Assembly: GCA_002269645.1 (NCBI GenBank)
Contig: NIVC01000001.1
Coordinates: 2,604,001-2,668,000, forward strand
Length of the DNA: 64,000 nucleotides
Source: Macrostomum lignano
Taxonomy: Eukaryota
Direction: 5' to 3'
Shown here: one piece after another, positions 1-16,283 of the stretch
Position numbering within the stretch: the first letter of the stretch is position 1
How the letters are laid out: every line of letters begins with the position of its first letter
Position numbers and translations under genes: made by a program
The notes under the pieces: model-generated
What the model was told of the DNA's origin: nothing
The model's input: only the letters and a program-made list of their open reading frames with translations
The model's database searches: none

Positions 1-435
1 ATAAAATCTAACCTCCGTATCCGTCTCGGAATCTTCGTTGTCGTCTTGAAAGTCGCCGCAATCGTCGCCGTCGCCATCTTCCTCGCCGTCCGCACCGTTG
101 CCGCTCTGGCCGGCCTCGCCGAGCAGATCTCCGCGCACCAGCAGGTACAGGTGCGACCGGGCATCTGCGCCGCCAGATTTGGCCAGGCCGTGCAGACCAA
201 TAGCCGGATAATTAAGCGAGAAACCGACACTCTGAGCTGGCCCGTCGCCAAACCAGGCTAGGCGGGACTCGGCCACGTACAGGCAGCCGGTGCCCAGGCG
301 GCGACTGCCGAGCCAGGCCTCGGCGCCCGGCATGGAGCAGCGCAGGCCTTCAGTTGGCGGCGGAGGCGGATTAGAGGCCGCGGCGCCGGGCAAACCGCCG
401 CCAGCTGCCGGCTGTTGGCCTGGGGAGAATGACAT
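1..435 (-). CDS. CLNS1A: Methylosome subunit pICln homologue, 5' part (runs off window start)
   Basis: Manual translation from ATG at 435: MSFSPGQQ...EGLRCSMPGAEAWLGSRRLGTGCLYVAESRLAWFGDG...GFSLNYPAIGLHGL...HLYLLV...acidic tract...TEVRFY. This matches the pICln pattern LGTGTLYIAESRLSW/GFSLEYPTISLHA/HLYVMV/acidic/EFRF. There is no stop before base 1, hence it is missing from the ORF track. Confidence 0.85.
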   Translation of the reverse strand, partial: MSFSPGQQPAAGGGLPGAAASNPPPPPTEGLRCSMPGAEAWLGSRRLGTGCLYVAESRLAWFGDGPAQSVGFSLNYPAIGLHGLAKSGGADARSHLYLLVRGDLLGEAGQSGNGADGEEDGDGDDCGDFQDDNEDSETDTEVRFY

Positions 436-768
436 GATGACAGCTGGGCTGCGGGCGATGGGAGAGATTTGACAGCTCTGATATAGCGGTCAGCTAGGGT
501 GAAAATAATAACAATAACTAGATTGTGACGGCAAAAATCACTGTTAGCAAAAATGTAATATAAAATACATGTTTTTGTGTTTTTATTTTCTAAGAAATCA
601 CGAGATAAGCTTTTTAATGACCACCCCTGTGCCACCCCAGATCGGATGCTGCAGAAATATCTTGAACATTCTCCACTAACTGAGGGTGGCATCCCAATTT
701 GATGCACACAAGATACACTACTATTATCTACAAGTCAGATTATATATGGTGTCTGCGCCTAGAAAACC

Positions 769-1400
769 ATGACTGACAACCCCTCTATGGATTTTACAGA
801 GGGAAGCTAAGAGAATCATCACTGATTTGGTAGCCACCACCCTTGGTGAATGAGGGGTTTCAAAGCCTTCGACTGGACTCCAACTACAATGAGCAGTCCT
901 ATGGGGCTTGAATATGTGGCTATGGCTCCTACAGGAGTCCCTCTGGTACCAGGCCACTATCTTGTGGTCACTCAACCTCAACACTCAGTCCTAATGAGGC
1001 TAGAACTTCAGCAGCTTGATGAATCTCTGCTATAATAGCCAATATATTTAAGAGCATTAGGTCAAGGTTTAAAGAGAGTGGCTCAGGCCATAAGTCCATA
1101 ATTCCAATTTGGCTCTATACCATACAAGCCAAAGGCACTATCCCAGCTGACAAATGGTAAATATTCAAGTTAATGATGCCATGCCATTTCATGTGATCCA
1201 TGTTGTCTGGCCATGGCTAGAGTTAGCAACAACTGTTACCAATCATATAGCTAGCTATATGATAGCCATAACTGCAATAGTGGCAAGAGTTATAGCTGTA
1301 GCTAGAGCCCTAGGATCCATAGAAATAGCAATTTGATATGATGAAATAGTCTATCATTCCTGGCTACATGAGGCAAGCCTATCAAATATGTAAGCTGTAA
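769..1400 (+). pseudogene. Possible decayed ORF in a CpG-void tract
   Basis: One frame from ATG 769 includes the protein-like 850-1035 ORF and continues through scattered stops. No family recognised. Confidence 0.25.
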
Positions 1401-2177
1401 AGTAAGGACTAAAACAATATTTGTAGTGAATAGCTTATCAATTAATTGATAAATTAGACCACATTATTATAATCTTTTTGTATACTATATGCCTATATTA
1501 ATAACCCAAACTTATAGTTATCTTTCTTATCTATAAGAGGTAAAGATAATAGATATCAATTTATTATGTAAAACAATATGTGGTTTATTTTTAAAAAGTG
1601 CATATTATTTTTTTTACTTATATTAAATAATAAGGTATATTTTCTTAGCCTATAAGAAAATTATTTTAGTTTGTTTTGATAATAAGATTTGTTTTACAAG
1701 ACTTTAGCCAATAAGAGCTTTAGCCTTTCTCTTTGTTTTTTATATTAAATCAGAAATTAGATTAAAAAATCAACTACATATATTGATTAAAATGAATATA
1801 AAACAAAAATATCTTATTCCCTAGACAGACAAAGAAAAGTCTATAATATATAACACTTTTTACTCTTAAAGTAGAATTTTTTCAAACAAAAGAATACTAG
1901 GCCTCAGGGTTTTTTTTTGTGCGCAGAGTGTGCGTATGCACCCTAAATTTTAAAATCGCACCCTGAAATTAAAAAAGTAGGTGCGGTTTAGGTGTGGTCT
2001 TATAACCATTTTTCTTTAAAGGCTTAACCATGCTTAAGCTATTTTTTATGCACTGCCTTAAAATATGAAACAAAATAACTCTTTAAATCCTATTAAGTCA
2101 TATAGGCGATATAGCCTATAGCTATAGCCTTATGTAAGATATTAAAATATACATTCCCAGTTGTCTGAAATGTGAGC

Positions 2178-4665
2178 AATGTGAGGGTTTCACGAGAGAT
2201 ATTCAGACAAAGGCTCCCTAAAACACGCCCCGCACCGGGCCCCGAACTGCTACACATTATAACATTTTTTGTCAATGCAGTATTTGATTGCAAGGAAAAG
2301 TTAAAATAGTAATGGAATAAATATCTTTATTTATTTTTTTAAATATTTTTATTTTTTATATTCTCGTTTTCATTATTTAATTATAATATTATTATTTTAT
2401 TAATATTATTATTAATATCACTTATTGTTAACCGAATTTTATATTTCAAAGTAAAAAAACTAAATTTAATAAAAACTTGAAGCTTAACAGAAAACGCATT
2501 CTGAAGTGTCTTTAGTTATAGTCCAATTTGTTTTAATGTGTAGCGCTGCAGGGCGGTGCGGGGCGTGTTTTAGGGAGACCCATTCAGACAGACATTCAAA
2601 ATGATTGTCTGTAACTTCAAACAAAATTGACCCGCTTCAACCATCTTTTTGGCAAATACTTACGCAAGTGTTGGGCGTCGAATAAGCTTTAATTTATTAA
2701 CTGAAGTAAAAATCCTTCTGACATACATTGATTTAAAAATTGCTTAGCAACACTAGCTCTGATTAGAAATCGCTTTACTGTTGACTAAAATTGTTTTGAT
2801 CGTAGCAGCCTAAAAGCAGATACTGGATTTAAAAATGCTTCGATTTACTCTATACGCATGTCTCAGCTTTAAAATGACACCTCAGGTGTCGCAAAAGACA
2901 GCTTTGATGCTGAGATATTCGACACTAAACATGCATTGCTTTGCGCAATCTCACATTCAGAAATTTCACTGATTTTTTGTCGATATTTGTGCAGTTGCCA
3001 TGTCCTTGTTTTTCATCAGAATCTTGTCAAATTCTAGTCATGTCTATACGCATGTCTCAGCTTTAAAATGACACCTCAGGCATTGCAAAGGACAGCTTTG
3101 ATGCTGAGATATTCGACACTAAACGTTGCTTTGCTCAAACTCACATTCGGAAACTTCACTGATTTTTATTCAATATTTGTTCAGATGCTTGTCTACTTCT
3201 CCATTTATTAACCATCGCATGGAGCCTTGCTAACGTACAAGTGTATGTAGTTACAGTAAATGGGGTTTTTGTGACTCACTTAAACTTGTTTACGCATTCT
3301 GCAGCTATTCGCCACCTTTCATTGGAGTGATTCATGGAGTCCAGTTGATAAATTTCCACAAATTGGACTGCTTCTACGTCAGATCTCAACATTTGGAACC
3401 GTCCTTGAACTATTTCAGAGTTAAGTGAGCTAATGACATCAAATGGAAGGCTAGTGCTCGTACTTGTAAGTGAAGCAGGTTCACAATTGAAATGGTTGTA
3501 TTCATGGCCATGGGATCTAAACTGATCTGTTTTACTTTCACGATCGCTTTGGTCTCAGAAGGAGCAGCAGTTGATGGACTGAGGTGAGAAGAAGATGTGT
3601 CACGACTTGAGCTGTTTTTAGAAAATATCTTTATCCAATTAAATATTTTCATGCGGCTCCTTAGGTTGTTCCGAATTCCGAGTCTAGAAGTCAAGACAGA
3701 AAAAAAGTTAAGAACTGCTACTGTAGTCCGTAGGGATTGGAAAGCTTAGCAGTACATTAGAAATCGCCAGTTCAATCTAAAAAGTTTGAAGTACATATAG
3801 CTATTGGGTTGCAACAACAGTAGAAAAAATTCTTCTTTTTTATTTTATTCCCACCGCTTACCTCATTCCGATTTGGATAGCAGAATTGCCACGCAAAAAA
3901 AGTAAAAACATAACAATAAACTATTTGCTTCATATTAATTGCCACTGACTGTTAATAAACGCGACGTCAATTTCTCTCAATAACAGTTGGAACATGTTTC
4001 TTGTACACTCGTATATTTATTTGAACCACAAAGCAGTGAAAAAGTCATGATTGGTTGCCATATGTACAAATGTACACTCACAGACTCACTGACTCAGGTA
4101 CAATCTATGCAATATAAAGGCAGGAATCATTAAAAATCAAATACTTAAGACAGTTTAAGAGAAGTCCAGGTTTAAACTGGACATGACTAGAATTTGACAA
4201 GTTTCTGATGAAAAACAAGGACACGGCAACTGCACAAATATTGACAAAAAATCAGTGAAATTTCTGAATGTGAGATTGCGCAAAGCAATGCATGTTTGGT
4301 GTCGAATATCTCAGCATCAAAGCTGTCTTTTGCGACGCCTGAGGTGTCATTTTAAAGCTGAGACACGCGTATAGAGTAAATCGAAGCATTTTTAAATCCA
4401 GTATCTGCTTTTAGGCTGCTACAATCAAAACAATTTTAGTCAACACTAAAGCGATTTCTAATCAGAGCTAGTGTTGCTAAGCAATTTTTAAATCAATGTA
4501 TGTCAGAAGGATTTTTACTTCAGTTAATAAATTAAAGCTTATTCGACGCCCAACACTTGCGTAAGTATTTGCCAAAAAGATGGTTGAAGCGGGTCAATTT
4601 TGTTTAAAGTTACAGACGATCGTTTCGAATGTCTGTCTGAATATCTCTCGTGAAACCCTCACATT
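2178..4665. mobile_element. Non-autonomous foldback-type element with ~480-bp terminal inverted repeats
   Basis: 2178-2209 plus 2591-3043 is the near-perfect reverse complement of 4181-4665. Partial direct duplication of an arm segment at ~3044-3180. No TSD resolved. Confidence 0.75.
2210..2581. mobile_element. 372-bp MITE with 9-bp TSD inserted in the left arm of the foldback
   Basis: TIRs aaggctccctaaaacacgccccgcaccg / cggtgcggggcgtgttttagggagaccc. ATTCAGACA occurs at 2201-2209 and 2582-2590. The right foldback arm shows the empty site with one copy. Confidence 0.85.
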
Positions 4666-5662
4666 CTAAACAAGACTCAAGAGAAATTGCACTCTGAGCC
4701 TTAAAATCGCACCTTGAAATTTGGCACAAGGTGCGATTTTGCACCTTATCTCTGGCGAAAAAAAAAACCCAGCTAGGCCTAGCTAGAGGCCTAAGAAAAG
4801 CAACTGTAGACAGCATATTTAATATTATTCTTAGAAATATTTATACTCAAAATTAAATTAGTTTATGATAATTATATAATATTAATACTTAAGTATTATT
4901 TTTTCTACACTAAAACATATTAGGCCTAAGATTGTGAATATTCTTAGGTCTAAAAACTTTTAAAATGTAGGCCCTAGGCCTAACTCATGTTTAATATTAG
5001 GCTATTAGCCTATTAGAGACTATAATAAAGACTCTTAAGGAATCTTGGCAAATTAGGCCAAGTCATTAATCAAAGTCATTAAAATGTTTAATCTATGTTA
5101 GCTAGTAAGCTAAGCTTTTATTTTTTAAAAATTGGGTGCGAGTTAGGTGTGGGCAGTCTTCTCATAACCTATTTTTAATTTTAAGCATCATTTTGTCATT
5201 TGCACTGCCTTAATAGGATATAAAGAGAAATTGCACTTTGAGCCTTAAAATTGCAACCTGAAATTGGGTATAGTCGCATTTGCATAGAATGCGATTTTGC
5301 ACCTTGTCTCTGGCAAAAAAATAATACCCAGATAGTCAGCCTAGTAGTTATCGCGTTTCACTACAAGTGGCTACTACTACTTGCTTACTTGCATTGCATA
5401 ACTTGCATAATTAATATTTCTAATGCTTATAACTTTTACAATGAATATGATATAAAACAAATGTCTACTTAAAAAAGACACTCAAAGGTTCTAGCTCGTG
5501 AGGTCAGGGGGGGGGGGGGAAGAGAGAGAGAACTCTTAGTTGGTTGGTCGCCGCGGGTTTAATCTGTTCGTTACAGCCATTCGAATCGGTGCGGTTCCGC
5601 GTTTCAAACAAACTTGCAGATGACGGGGAGCTCCGCTGCTGAGTTCCTCAGGCTCAGGGGGA

Positions 5663-6545
5663 GGGTAGCTGTGGTCGCAGCTGAGCGGTCTAGTTTTGCC
5701 GACGTTCAGAATGCAGACTTTGTAGCCGAAATGGGGGCTTCAAAATAAGCTAAATTTGTCGGGAGTCTTACTAATAGTAGTAGGTCGCTGCCACCACGGC
5801 GATTGTACGCGGAAAAAGCTCTAAAGCTTACGACTAGCTTGAGTTTTGCTCTAGCGCTTCTCAGTAGACGGCTAAGGGTCAAATAATGCTTCCGAGGTCA
5901 CGAAGGCTAAGACACCGTTTCACACACAGTATGGATCAGGCCGAAGTTAATAAATGATTGGCCAAGCTGATTAATTATCGTTATTATTGTTAAATGAAGA
6001 AAATCAAGGACTACAAGCGTATTACTACTTAAAATATTGGCGTTAGATTGACGGGCGTCGGGTCGGGATCCTGGGCGTACAATTAAGGGCCTCTCGCATT
6101 GAGCTGTAATAGAGTCAAGGAGGGCGGGCGAACCTACGGAGTTCGGGGCACGGGCCACGAGAGTCTGGCTATTTCCCGACTGCTTGCTAGAGATAGAGAA
6201 GCTCGCAAGTTTATTCATTGAATTTCACTGCCAAACTAATACACAGGGCTGCCTATGGAAAAAAGGCGCCAATAATAAAACCAATTGAATCTCGACAGTC
6301 TATCTATTAGGGAAAGGCAGGGCGCAGACTCTTAAAAGGGCTCTCATGAACCACCGGGAGGAAAGCGGGTTACTCGAGTGGGACAAGAGAGACACCGGGT
6401 GGGGAGAGAGGAGGGTACACCGGGTGGTGAGGATTAGACACCGGGTGGACCCTATGGAAGAACACTAAAACAAACAAAATTACGGGGAGTGGGAAGGAAA
6501 TTTACAGTAGGCGCAACGCGGGTTCCGTGCAGGGAAAATGACGTC
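5663..6545. repeat. Left copy of a long diverged inverted repeat (probable MULE TIR)
   Basis: Colinear inverted similarity to 28430-29276 (shared blocks such as gggtagctgtggtc, gagcggtctag, cttccgaggtcac, agacaccgttt, ccgggaggaaag, acggggagtgggaa). Patchy identity, judged by eye. Confidence 0.6.
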
Positions 6546-6659
6546 AATGGCACAATTTACGGATGAGCAAAATCGCGCGGCGGAAAATGAGTTACAACCC
6601 GTGGGAGGTCTTCGCCTACCACATTCGCATGTTTACTCCGATTTTAAACTGTTGTTTTA

Positions 6660-6886
6660 CTATAGTAAAACAAACAAATGCTTGTTGCTCGCTGCTTTCC
6701 GCAGTCTTGTGCCACATGCACAACCTACAGCTGTTGTCATGGATTTCGAGGCCGCAGCTTGGCGAGCTGTCAGACAGCAGTTTCCAGATGCTCAACTTGG
6801 AGGGCTGTGTTTTTCACTATACACCTGTACGCAGGTGTGTAGTACGATGAAATGGGACCTTGACTGGGTTGGATCGTTGCGGTGAC
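6660..6886 (+). pseudogene. MULE (Mutator-like) transposase fragment, 5' part
   Basis: QPTAVVMDFEAAAWRAVRQQFPDAQL then frameshift to GCVFHYT, matching the MULE DFE...FP...GC.FH motif. Interrupted by the Gypsy element. Confidence 0.75.
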
Positions 6887-7080
6887 TGTTGGGTGTGGCC
6901 ATAGACGACCCAGTCGCACACACACCCAGCCATGAGCTAAAGAAGCAATACTTCAAGCTTGGAAATAAAAAAAGAAAAGTTACGATAACATGAAATAAGA
7001 CGCTCTGCTAAGAGTGCAACTTTTAAGTTGACCTTGTTGATCTTGACTCACTGTCTTCCGCTAGAGAAGAAGTCATAACA
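6887..7080 (+). repeat. 5' LTR (194 bp)
   Basis: tgttgggtgtggcc...agtcataaca, followed by a TGG-starting PBS. Confidence 0.92.
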
Positions 7081-7129
7081 GTGGCGTCGCAAGCAATCGT
7101 AACCTTACGGTCAGACGTTCAAGCTCATA

Positions 7130-7406
7130 ATGAGCAAGGATCCGACGAAGTCTGCAGATCCGACTAAGTCAGCGGCCAAGTCTGCTGGGATCTCTCCAAG
7201 CCGTAATGGAGGGGGTTCTCAAAACCGGTCACAGTCCCAAGCAACTGAAAGGGATTCTCAAGCCCAGAACGCCACTCAGAGCAGTCGCCAAACCTCTGGC
7301 ATGTCTGAGATTGAAAGGTTGGAGAAGTCAACCATTTTGGATCGTTGGCTCGATCGTTTTGAGATCGGAGCCACCCTGTTTAACTGGGACGCATCTGCAC
7401 GAGCTT
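7130..7406 (+). pseudogene. Gypsy gag, N-terminal part (split by CMC transposon)
   Basis: ...LDRWLDRFEIGATLFNWDASARA. Removing 7407-20808 restores the frame into YVLRMRMSPALYNKLADCV. Confidence 0.85.
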
Positions 7407-8067
7407 CCCGGTGTAAAAAGTTGCGTCTGACGGACGTCAAATTATCATCGTCCACAAGTACCCCGTATGTACGTCCGAATATGGTCATGCAGACGCTGAC
7501 AAAACGAAAATTTCGGACGGTTTTAGGACCGACAGATTTTTGCGCTATATATACTATTATGAGTAGACATTTAAAGATATTAAGGACTCGAATGTCGAAT
7601 GCAGAAAATTAAAATGGCTTAATTGTTGCTCAAATTTTACTGCTTCATTGTTGCTTTATTGTAAGTTTAGTATATTTGGATTTGTACTTGGCCTTATACA
7701 AATTGCAAAAATTTCCTGTTAGTTTTCGAGCAAGATAAAAAATTCGTGAAAATTAAATGAAACAATTAAAAGTTAAGTAATTAAACAAAGAAAGTAAAGC
7801 AGCCTGAAGTTCAAAATACTTAGTTAAAAAAGTAAGTCGAACTAAATGTTATTAAAAAGCACAAGAGTTCAAAGTATTCAAGTAAATATAGGAGTGTTTT
7901 ATAATAAAAGCTTCAGCACAAAATGGGGAAAACGCGACATTTTATAATTACTAGTGTTACTACCAGTAACGCGCAGAAAATATTGTAAAATACTTAAAAA
8001 ACTGCTTGGAGAAGTCAGCAGTGAACTATTAATGCTTTGATGTTAAAAAAGTTTTAAGATAAATTAC

Positions 8068-10347
8068 TTATTCGTCACTGGATGACGACAAAAGTCGGGG
8101 TCTTCGCGCTTGGTGCGAAAACTCAGCAGCAGCAGCAGAGACTGGAAGCGACAGCCGCTTCCGGCGAGCCGCACACCTCTCAGCAGCATGCTTTAGGATG
8201 CGCGCCATTTCTTTCTCGACGGCCTGTTCTGATGGCCTCGATTTCTCATCCGGGTAGATGAGCACGATAGCGTCTGTGGTAGAAAAATTTGTATAATTTT
8301 TTGTGTCACTCATACAGCAAATTAAGTTTCGTTCTTTTGCTACTCTTAGTAGTAGAAAAGGAATTTTCAATAGCACTCTTTTCGAAACTGTTTAACTGTA
8401 AATTTTGTTTCGTTTTGCCCACTCTGCATTCTATATCTCCTGTTTGAATATTAGAATTAAAGTTTGAATATTAGAATTAAAGTTTGAATATTAGAATTAA
8501 AGTTTGAATATTAGAATTAAAGTTTGAATAATAGAATTAAAATATCCTTTTTTCCCAAATAGCACTCTATATCGAGTATACTCGAATATATCGAGTATGG
8601 ACCATGTTTTAGGATCGTTTCCCACATATTCTAAAACCTCTAGAATGATCGAATAATTCGCTACCTTACCTTGAAATACATCCATGGCATTTTTAAAAGC
8701 CAGTGCTGAATCCGTAACTTCTATAGACGGCAGCTCACTCTTGCACCGCTCAGCCATGTTGCGACCTGACCAATTCACCACTTGCTGCATTGCATCAGAG
8801 AGGCACTTGCTAAGCATGCGCAAGCATGTGTCATGCACTGATGCGCATCGACAGCCTCGGAGACTCGGAGCCTGTGATGTGAAAGGATGTTGAGTGTATG
8901 GAGATCGTGAGAGGAATTATGTATGTATTGATATTTTTTAAATCATGTTTCATGTTTATTTATATTTTTATTATCATCTGTTTATTAAGTTCAAAAGTAG
9001 GGCCACAGAAATTACTGACAACAAAATGAATGAAAATGCACTTTTTTCTCTTACCAGTTCGTTTCTGAAGCTTGGCGAAGTAATAAAAACGAATGTACAG
9101 AGGCCAAGAATCGATCGTTTTCCAATTTTGTCGTGGACCGCCTGCGGCTGCTGGCACTTGTTGTTGATTGATGCGCCTTTCCAGAGAAGCAACCTGTGCC
9201 ACAAGTCCCTCTATAGCTGTCGTAATAGAATCCTCAAAGCGCCTGATCCGGGACTCGACGGCTCGCTGTTGCCGTGTATCCAGCATTGCCAGATGCGCCA
9301 CAGCCGTCAGCGACTCAGGGTTAATACCAGCATCCGCCAATTGCTTTTGAATGCCACGAATCAATGCGGGGCTGATGATTGTCTCCTCTAAGTCTGACGG
9401 TTGGTGAGATAAATCGACAGCCGAATGCTGCTGATCGACGAGTGGTGCTGTGTTGTGGGCCACTGGCAGCTCTGGAGTCTTTGGGACCGTCGAGATTTGG
9501 TTCGCAGATGCAGTGGCTGACGACCGAGGAGTCGATTCCTCTAAACAGACATTTTTCTGAGCCTCTCTTACTGCAGCCCTTAAATCTTGTCTCTGTGGCG
9601 GCGTGGTGGTTGGCACGAATTCGCTGATTTGAGGCAGTCTTGGTCTGCTGCCTCTGCTGGTCAAAGGCTGCCTCTGTTCTTTTTGAGCCACGCGGCCAAT
9701 GTCCGTCTCACTATCAGAAGTATTGACCATCTGAAATGCAGATTTAGGATTTGCGAGCGACTTTTAAAGATAATTTGAAATTATTCATTATTATTTTTGC
9801 TCGTACTACTAATATCGTATCATTAGATTATTTCAAACTATTGAATATTTCAGTATATCAAAATGCTTCTTCTAAACCTTCTTGGATACCCCAAACATAT
9901 TTTTCCGAAGTCTGTTTCCATATCCTTTCGAATATGCTCATCAAACCATTTGTTTAGATCTCCCAAAATATAGCATATATTCCATATAAGCTTACTTACA
10001 TTCAATGGTGGGAAGTTATTTCGTCTTCCAATGTTGACTCGAGCGATAGTTTTGAGCAAACTCTCAAGTCGTTTTTTCTTCTCAGCCACCATTTGACGTA
10101 GCATGTAGACTGTTGGGTCCGAATCTGTTTCAGGATCCAGCAACACTTGCAGAACAACAGCGTCGTACCATTCGCCTTGGTACTCAGCCCTAACATGTAT
10201 TGGGCTCAGAGAGTAGCGGTTCGAATCATTTAAAGCTGTCCAGTCCTCGCTAGCAAAACTTGAATATTCGCTGTCCAGCTTAACCTCCTCCTCCGACCTT
10301 TCAACAATTTGGCTGTCCTCGATAAAGAAAACTATGTATCGTGTCAT
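8068..10347 (-). CDS. Multi-exon accessory gene of the CMC element, DUF4806/BEN-like C-terminus
   Basis: Exon-like ORFs at about 10347-10001, 9730-9056, 8870-8668 and 8271-8068. VHDTCLRMLSKCLSDAMQQVVNWSGR...Q|DAIVLIYP...EKEMARILKHAAER resembles DUF4806. The last junction is phase-consistent; the middle junctions are not fully resolved. Confidence 0.6.
8449..8540. repeat. 20-bp tandem repeat (ttagaattaaagtttgaata) x~4-5 in an intron
   Basis: Direct inspection. Confidence 0.9.
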
Positions 10348-10653
10348 TGTCTTGGGAGAAAACAAATTCAGCTTAAAAATGAAACACGAATCCCTGAGTA
10401 TAACGTCTTTCTATGCCAATTTAAAGCTATTTTTCTTCCTCATTTGGCTCTCTGCTCCGCGTAACCAATCCCGTCGTTTGGCAAATTCCGAGGTCCATTG
10501 AAACCAAAAACTGAATTCCAATTGGCTCACCACTTTACGAGTTCGTAAAGTAAGTTTGTTTAGTTAAAGACAAAGCTTCTACTATTAGTTAGTATTCGAC
10601 TGTTACGTTTCAATTAATTGGAATTCTTGCACCAACATCTCAGTCTTTACAAA
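10348..10653. promoter_or_regulatory. Putative bidirectional promoter between divergent element genes
   Basis: 306 bp between two divergent ATGs. CCAAT at ~10463 and CCAATTGG at ~10519. Confidence 0.45.
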
Positions 10654-13984
<3,331 letters not shown>

Positions 13985-16283
13985 ACAAGTGGATTACTTT
14001 TTCTTGTATATCTGCGGTGCACACCTATCGAATCCACTGTATGCCAGTAAGATTGCTTGTACCTACAGGAACAGCACCTACTCCAACTGCTCATAGCTCG
14101 ATTTTCAATTAAATAGACAGGTGTATTGCTTAACAAACTGAAGCGAATATAGTTTCCCACAGCTGTTGTGACATTAATCAGCTGCTATGATTTCTTGACT
14201 CCGCCTCGCATGCGTCTGCCGAAAAAAATAAGAAGTCGCTTATGCCACTGTGGTGAACTGGCAATATAGATACACAGACAGACTGAAACCTCGAGAACGC
14301 CAGACTGCTTTTCTTTGCTCTGCTTTTCCCACTGCTTCGTTGAATGCCTTTGTAACAAAATCAATATTTATAGCTGTAGCTTATAAAAATCGTAGGACCT
14401 ATTCTATACATTGGTATGTGAACCCTGGATCAAACGAAGAGGCTCGAAAAAGCTCTTTGTTATTGAGGGTATGAGTGACTAGACAGGAGGCAGCTGGTAT
14501 AAAAATATCGGAAGGAGAGGCTCGAGAGGCTTTCATTTGCTTCTTTACACACAACATCCCTCGCAATTCAGTTCGAAATGAAATTGATACATGTACATAC
14601 TTCCCTACCAACACTGCCCGCTTGTTTGCTATCAGTATCCAAAGAAGCCTTTGAAGTGGTTCCTTTTCTGTCCAACTCAGTCTCCCATAAAGTAAACTAC
14701 CATATGACTTTTAATCTAGATTGTAGTTCAGTTCACTGCTTTCACCAATGGAACAGAAATGTAACAACATACTTGGCGCAGCCGGAAATTCGAATCCCTT
14801 GGGGAGTGGAGGGAGTGGGCCTGTACAGTATCAAAAATATACTACTTTCGTATTCCCTTGCATTTTCTGGGGTCGCCTGTCGCTCCTTTGCTGCGCCAAT
14901 CCCTGAATAGAGAGGCCAACTAAAATTCCCAAATCACACTACAGATAGATCGAAGTCGAACTCAATCAGCGCGCCCTCAAGAGCTTTTTTTCTGAAAGCA
15001 AAGTTAGTTCATTTATTGTCATTTTTATCGAGTTTTTGTCAATAATTTTAGAATTAACGACTGTAAAATTATTTCAATTTAAGAGAACTAGTGTTGAGAA
15101 CTAGTCGATCGAATAACTGAACTAACTTTTCAGTAAGTTCAAAGTAAGTCCGTTGGGGCAACAACTACCCAACCCAACCCAAACTAGCCCCCCTCCGCTC
15201 TTTCCTTCCCTTTAATTATTTTGCTTCGCATTTCAAACTTAACTAAACTGCGCCTTGACATGCTCTCTGTCTAAGCATGGAGTCTCAACTTCATAACTCA
15301 ATCGGGACAGAAACTATATGCATGTAAATTTTGCCTGATTTTTATCTATTCTTTCGCCTGGTGACTACATGGAGCAGTTAATATGTAGAAAGCAGAGAAA
15401 CAGACAAAACTCGAGAAAACAGAGGGAGAGAGAGGAGACATTAGAAAATAAAAGGTAGAGGGAAGGACATAGTGAAAAAAGGGAGAGAGGGAGAGTAGAC
15501 AGGTTTGGAAGGGAGTGAGAGGAATAGCTAATAGAAGCAGAGAGGACATATGAAAAAGAAGTACAAAAAAGCAGAGGCAATAAAACATTGCTTGAAATAA
15601 ACCAAGGGAATATAAACGTGAACCTTAGTTTGATTTTTTCGAAGAAGTAAAGAGATACAGGGTTTCAATTCTGTGAGAACCATCATCTCCATATCCATGC
15701 TCATATACAATATAGACTGGTAAAGTAAAGTAGAAAAAAACTTTAGGATCATAAAAACTGGTTCGCTCACCCAAGGAATTCTAAACCTAGCAAGTCTGGA
15801 ATAGACACTCACAGAGAGGGAGGAAAAACCGATACCAAATAGGGCCGCCCGAAAAAGGCTCCTCCCTTGCTTCCCAACCGTTTTTTGAGCCTGCCTGCCT
15901 GGGCCGGCTTCATATCTGGGCCTGTCCATTGTCCAACTTCCCAAAATGTACAGGGGAACCTAGACCCTACACATTGAAAGGGTTAGTACGAACTGAGGAA
16001 CGGAGGAACCGAAATCAAGCTGGCGCATGTTTCTGGTGTACGACCCCCATTAAGACAGCACTAGCTGTCTTTACTGGGAAGGGCAGGAGAGTTTATGGGG
16101 GACCAAGCACTATGCCCATAGTACATCCATGTACGCTCACTTGACTCATCACTGAATTACTAGGCCCCATAAGTTATGAAGAAGAGCCTCTTTATTGTAA
16201 GGGCAAAGGCAAGACACAGAAGACCACTTTGGAGCTGTCTAAAACCTGCGAAAAAAGCACCAAAATTTGACCATTAAATTGCA

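Noticed and set aside
6896-6906. CCATAGAC in the Gypsy LTR matching the Crypton motif
   Set aside because: A single 8-mer match; the Crypton unit did not insert at it.
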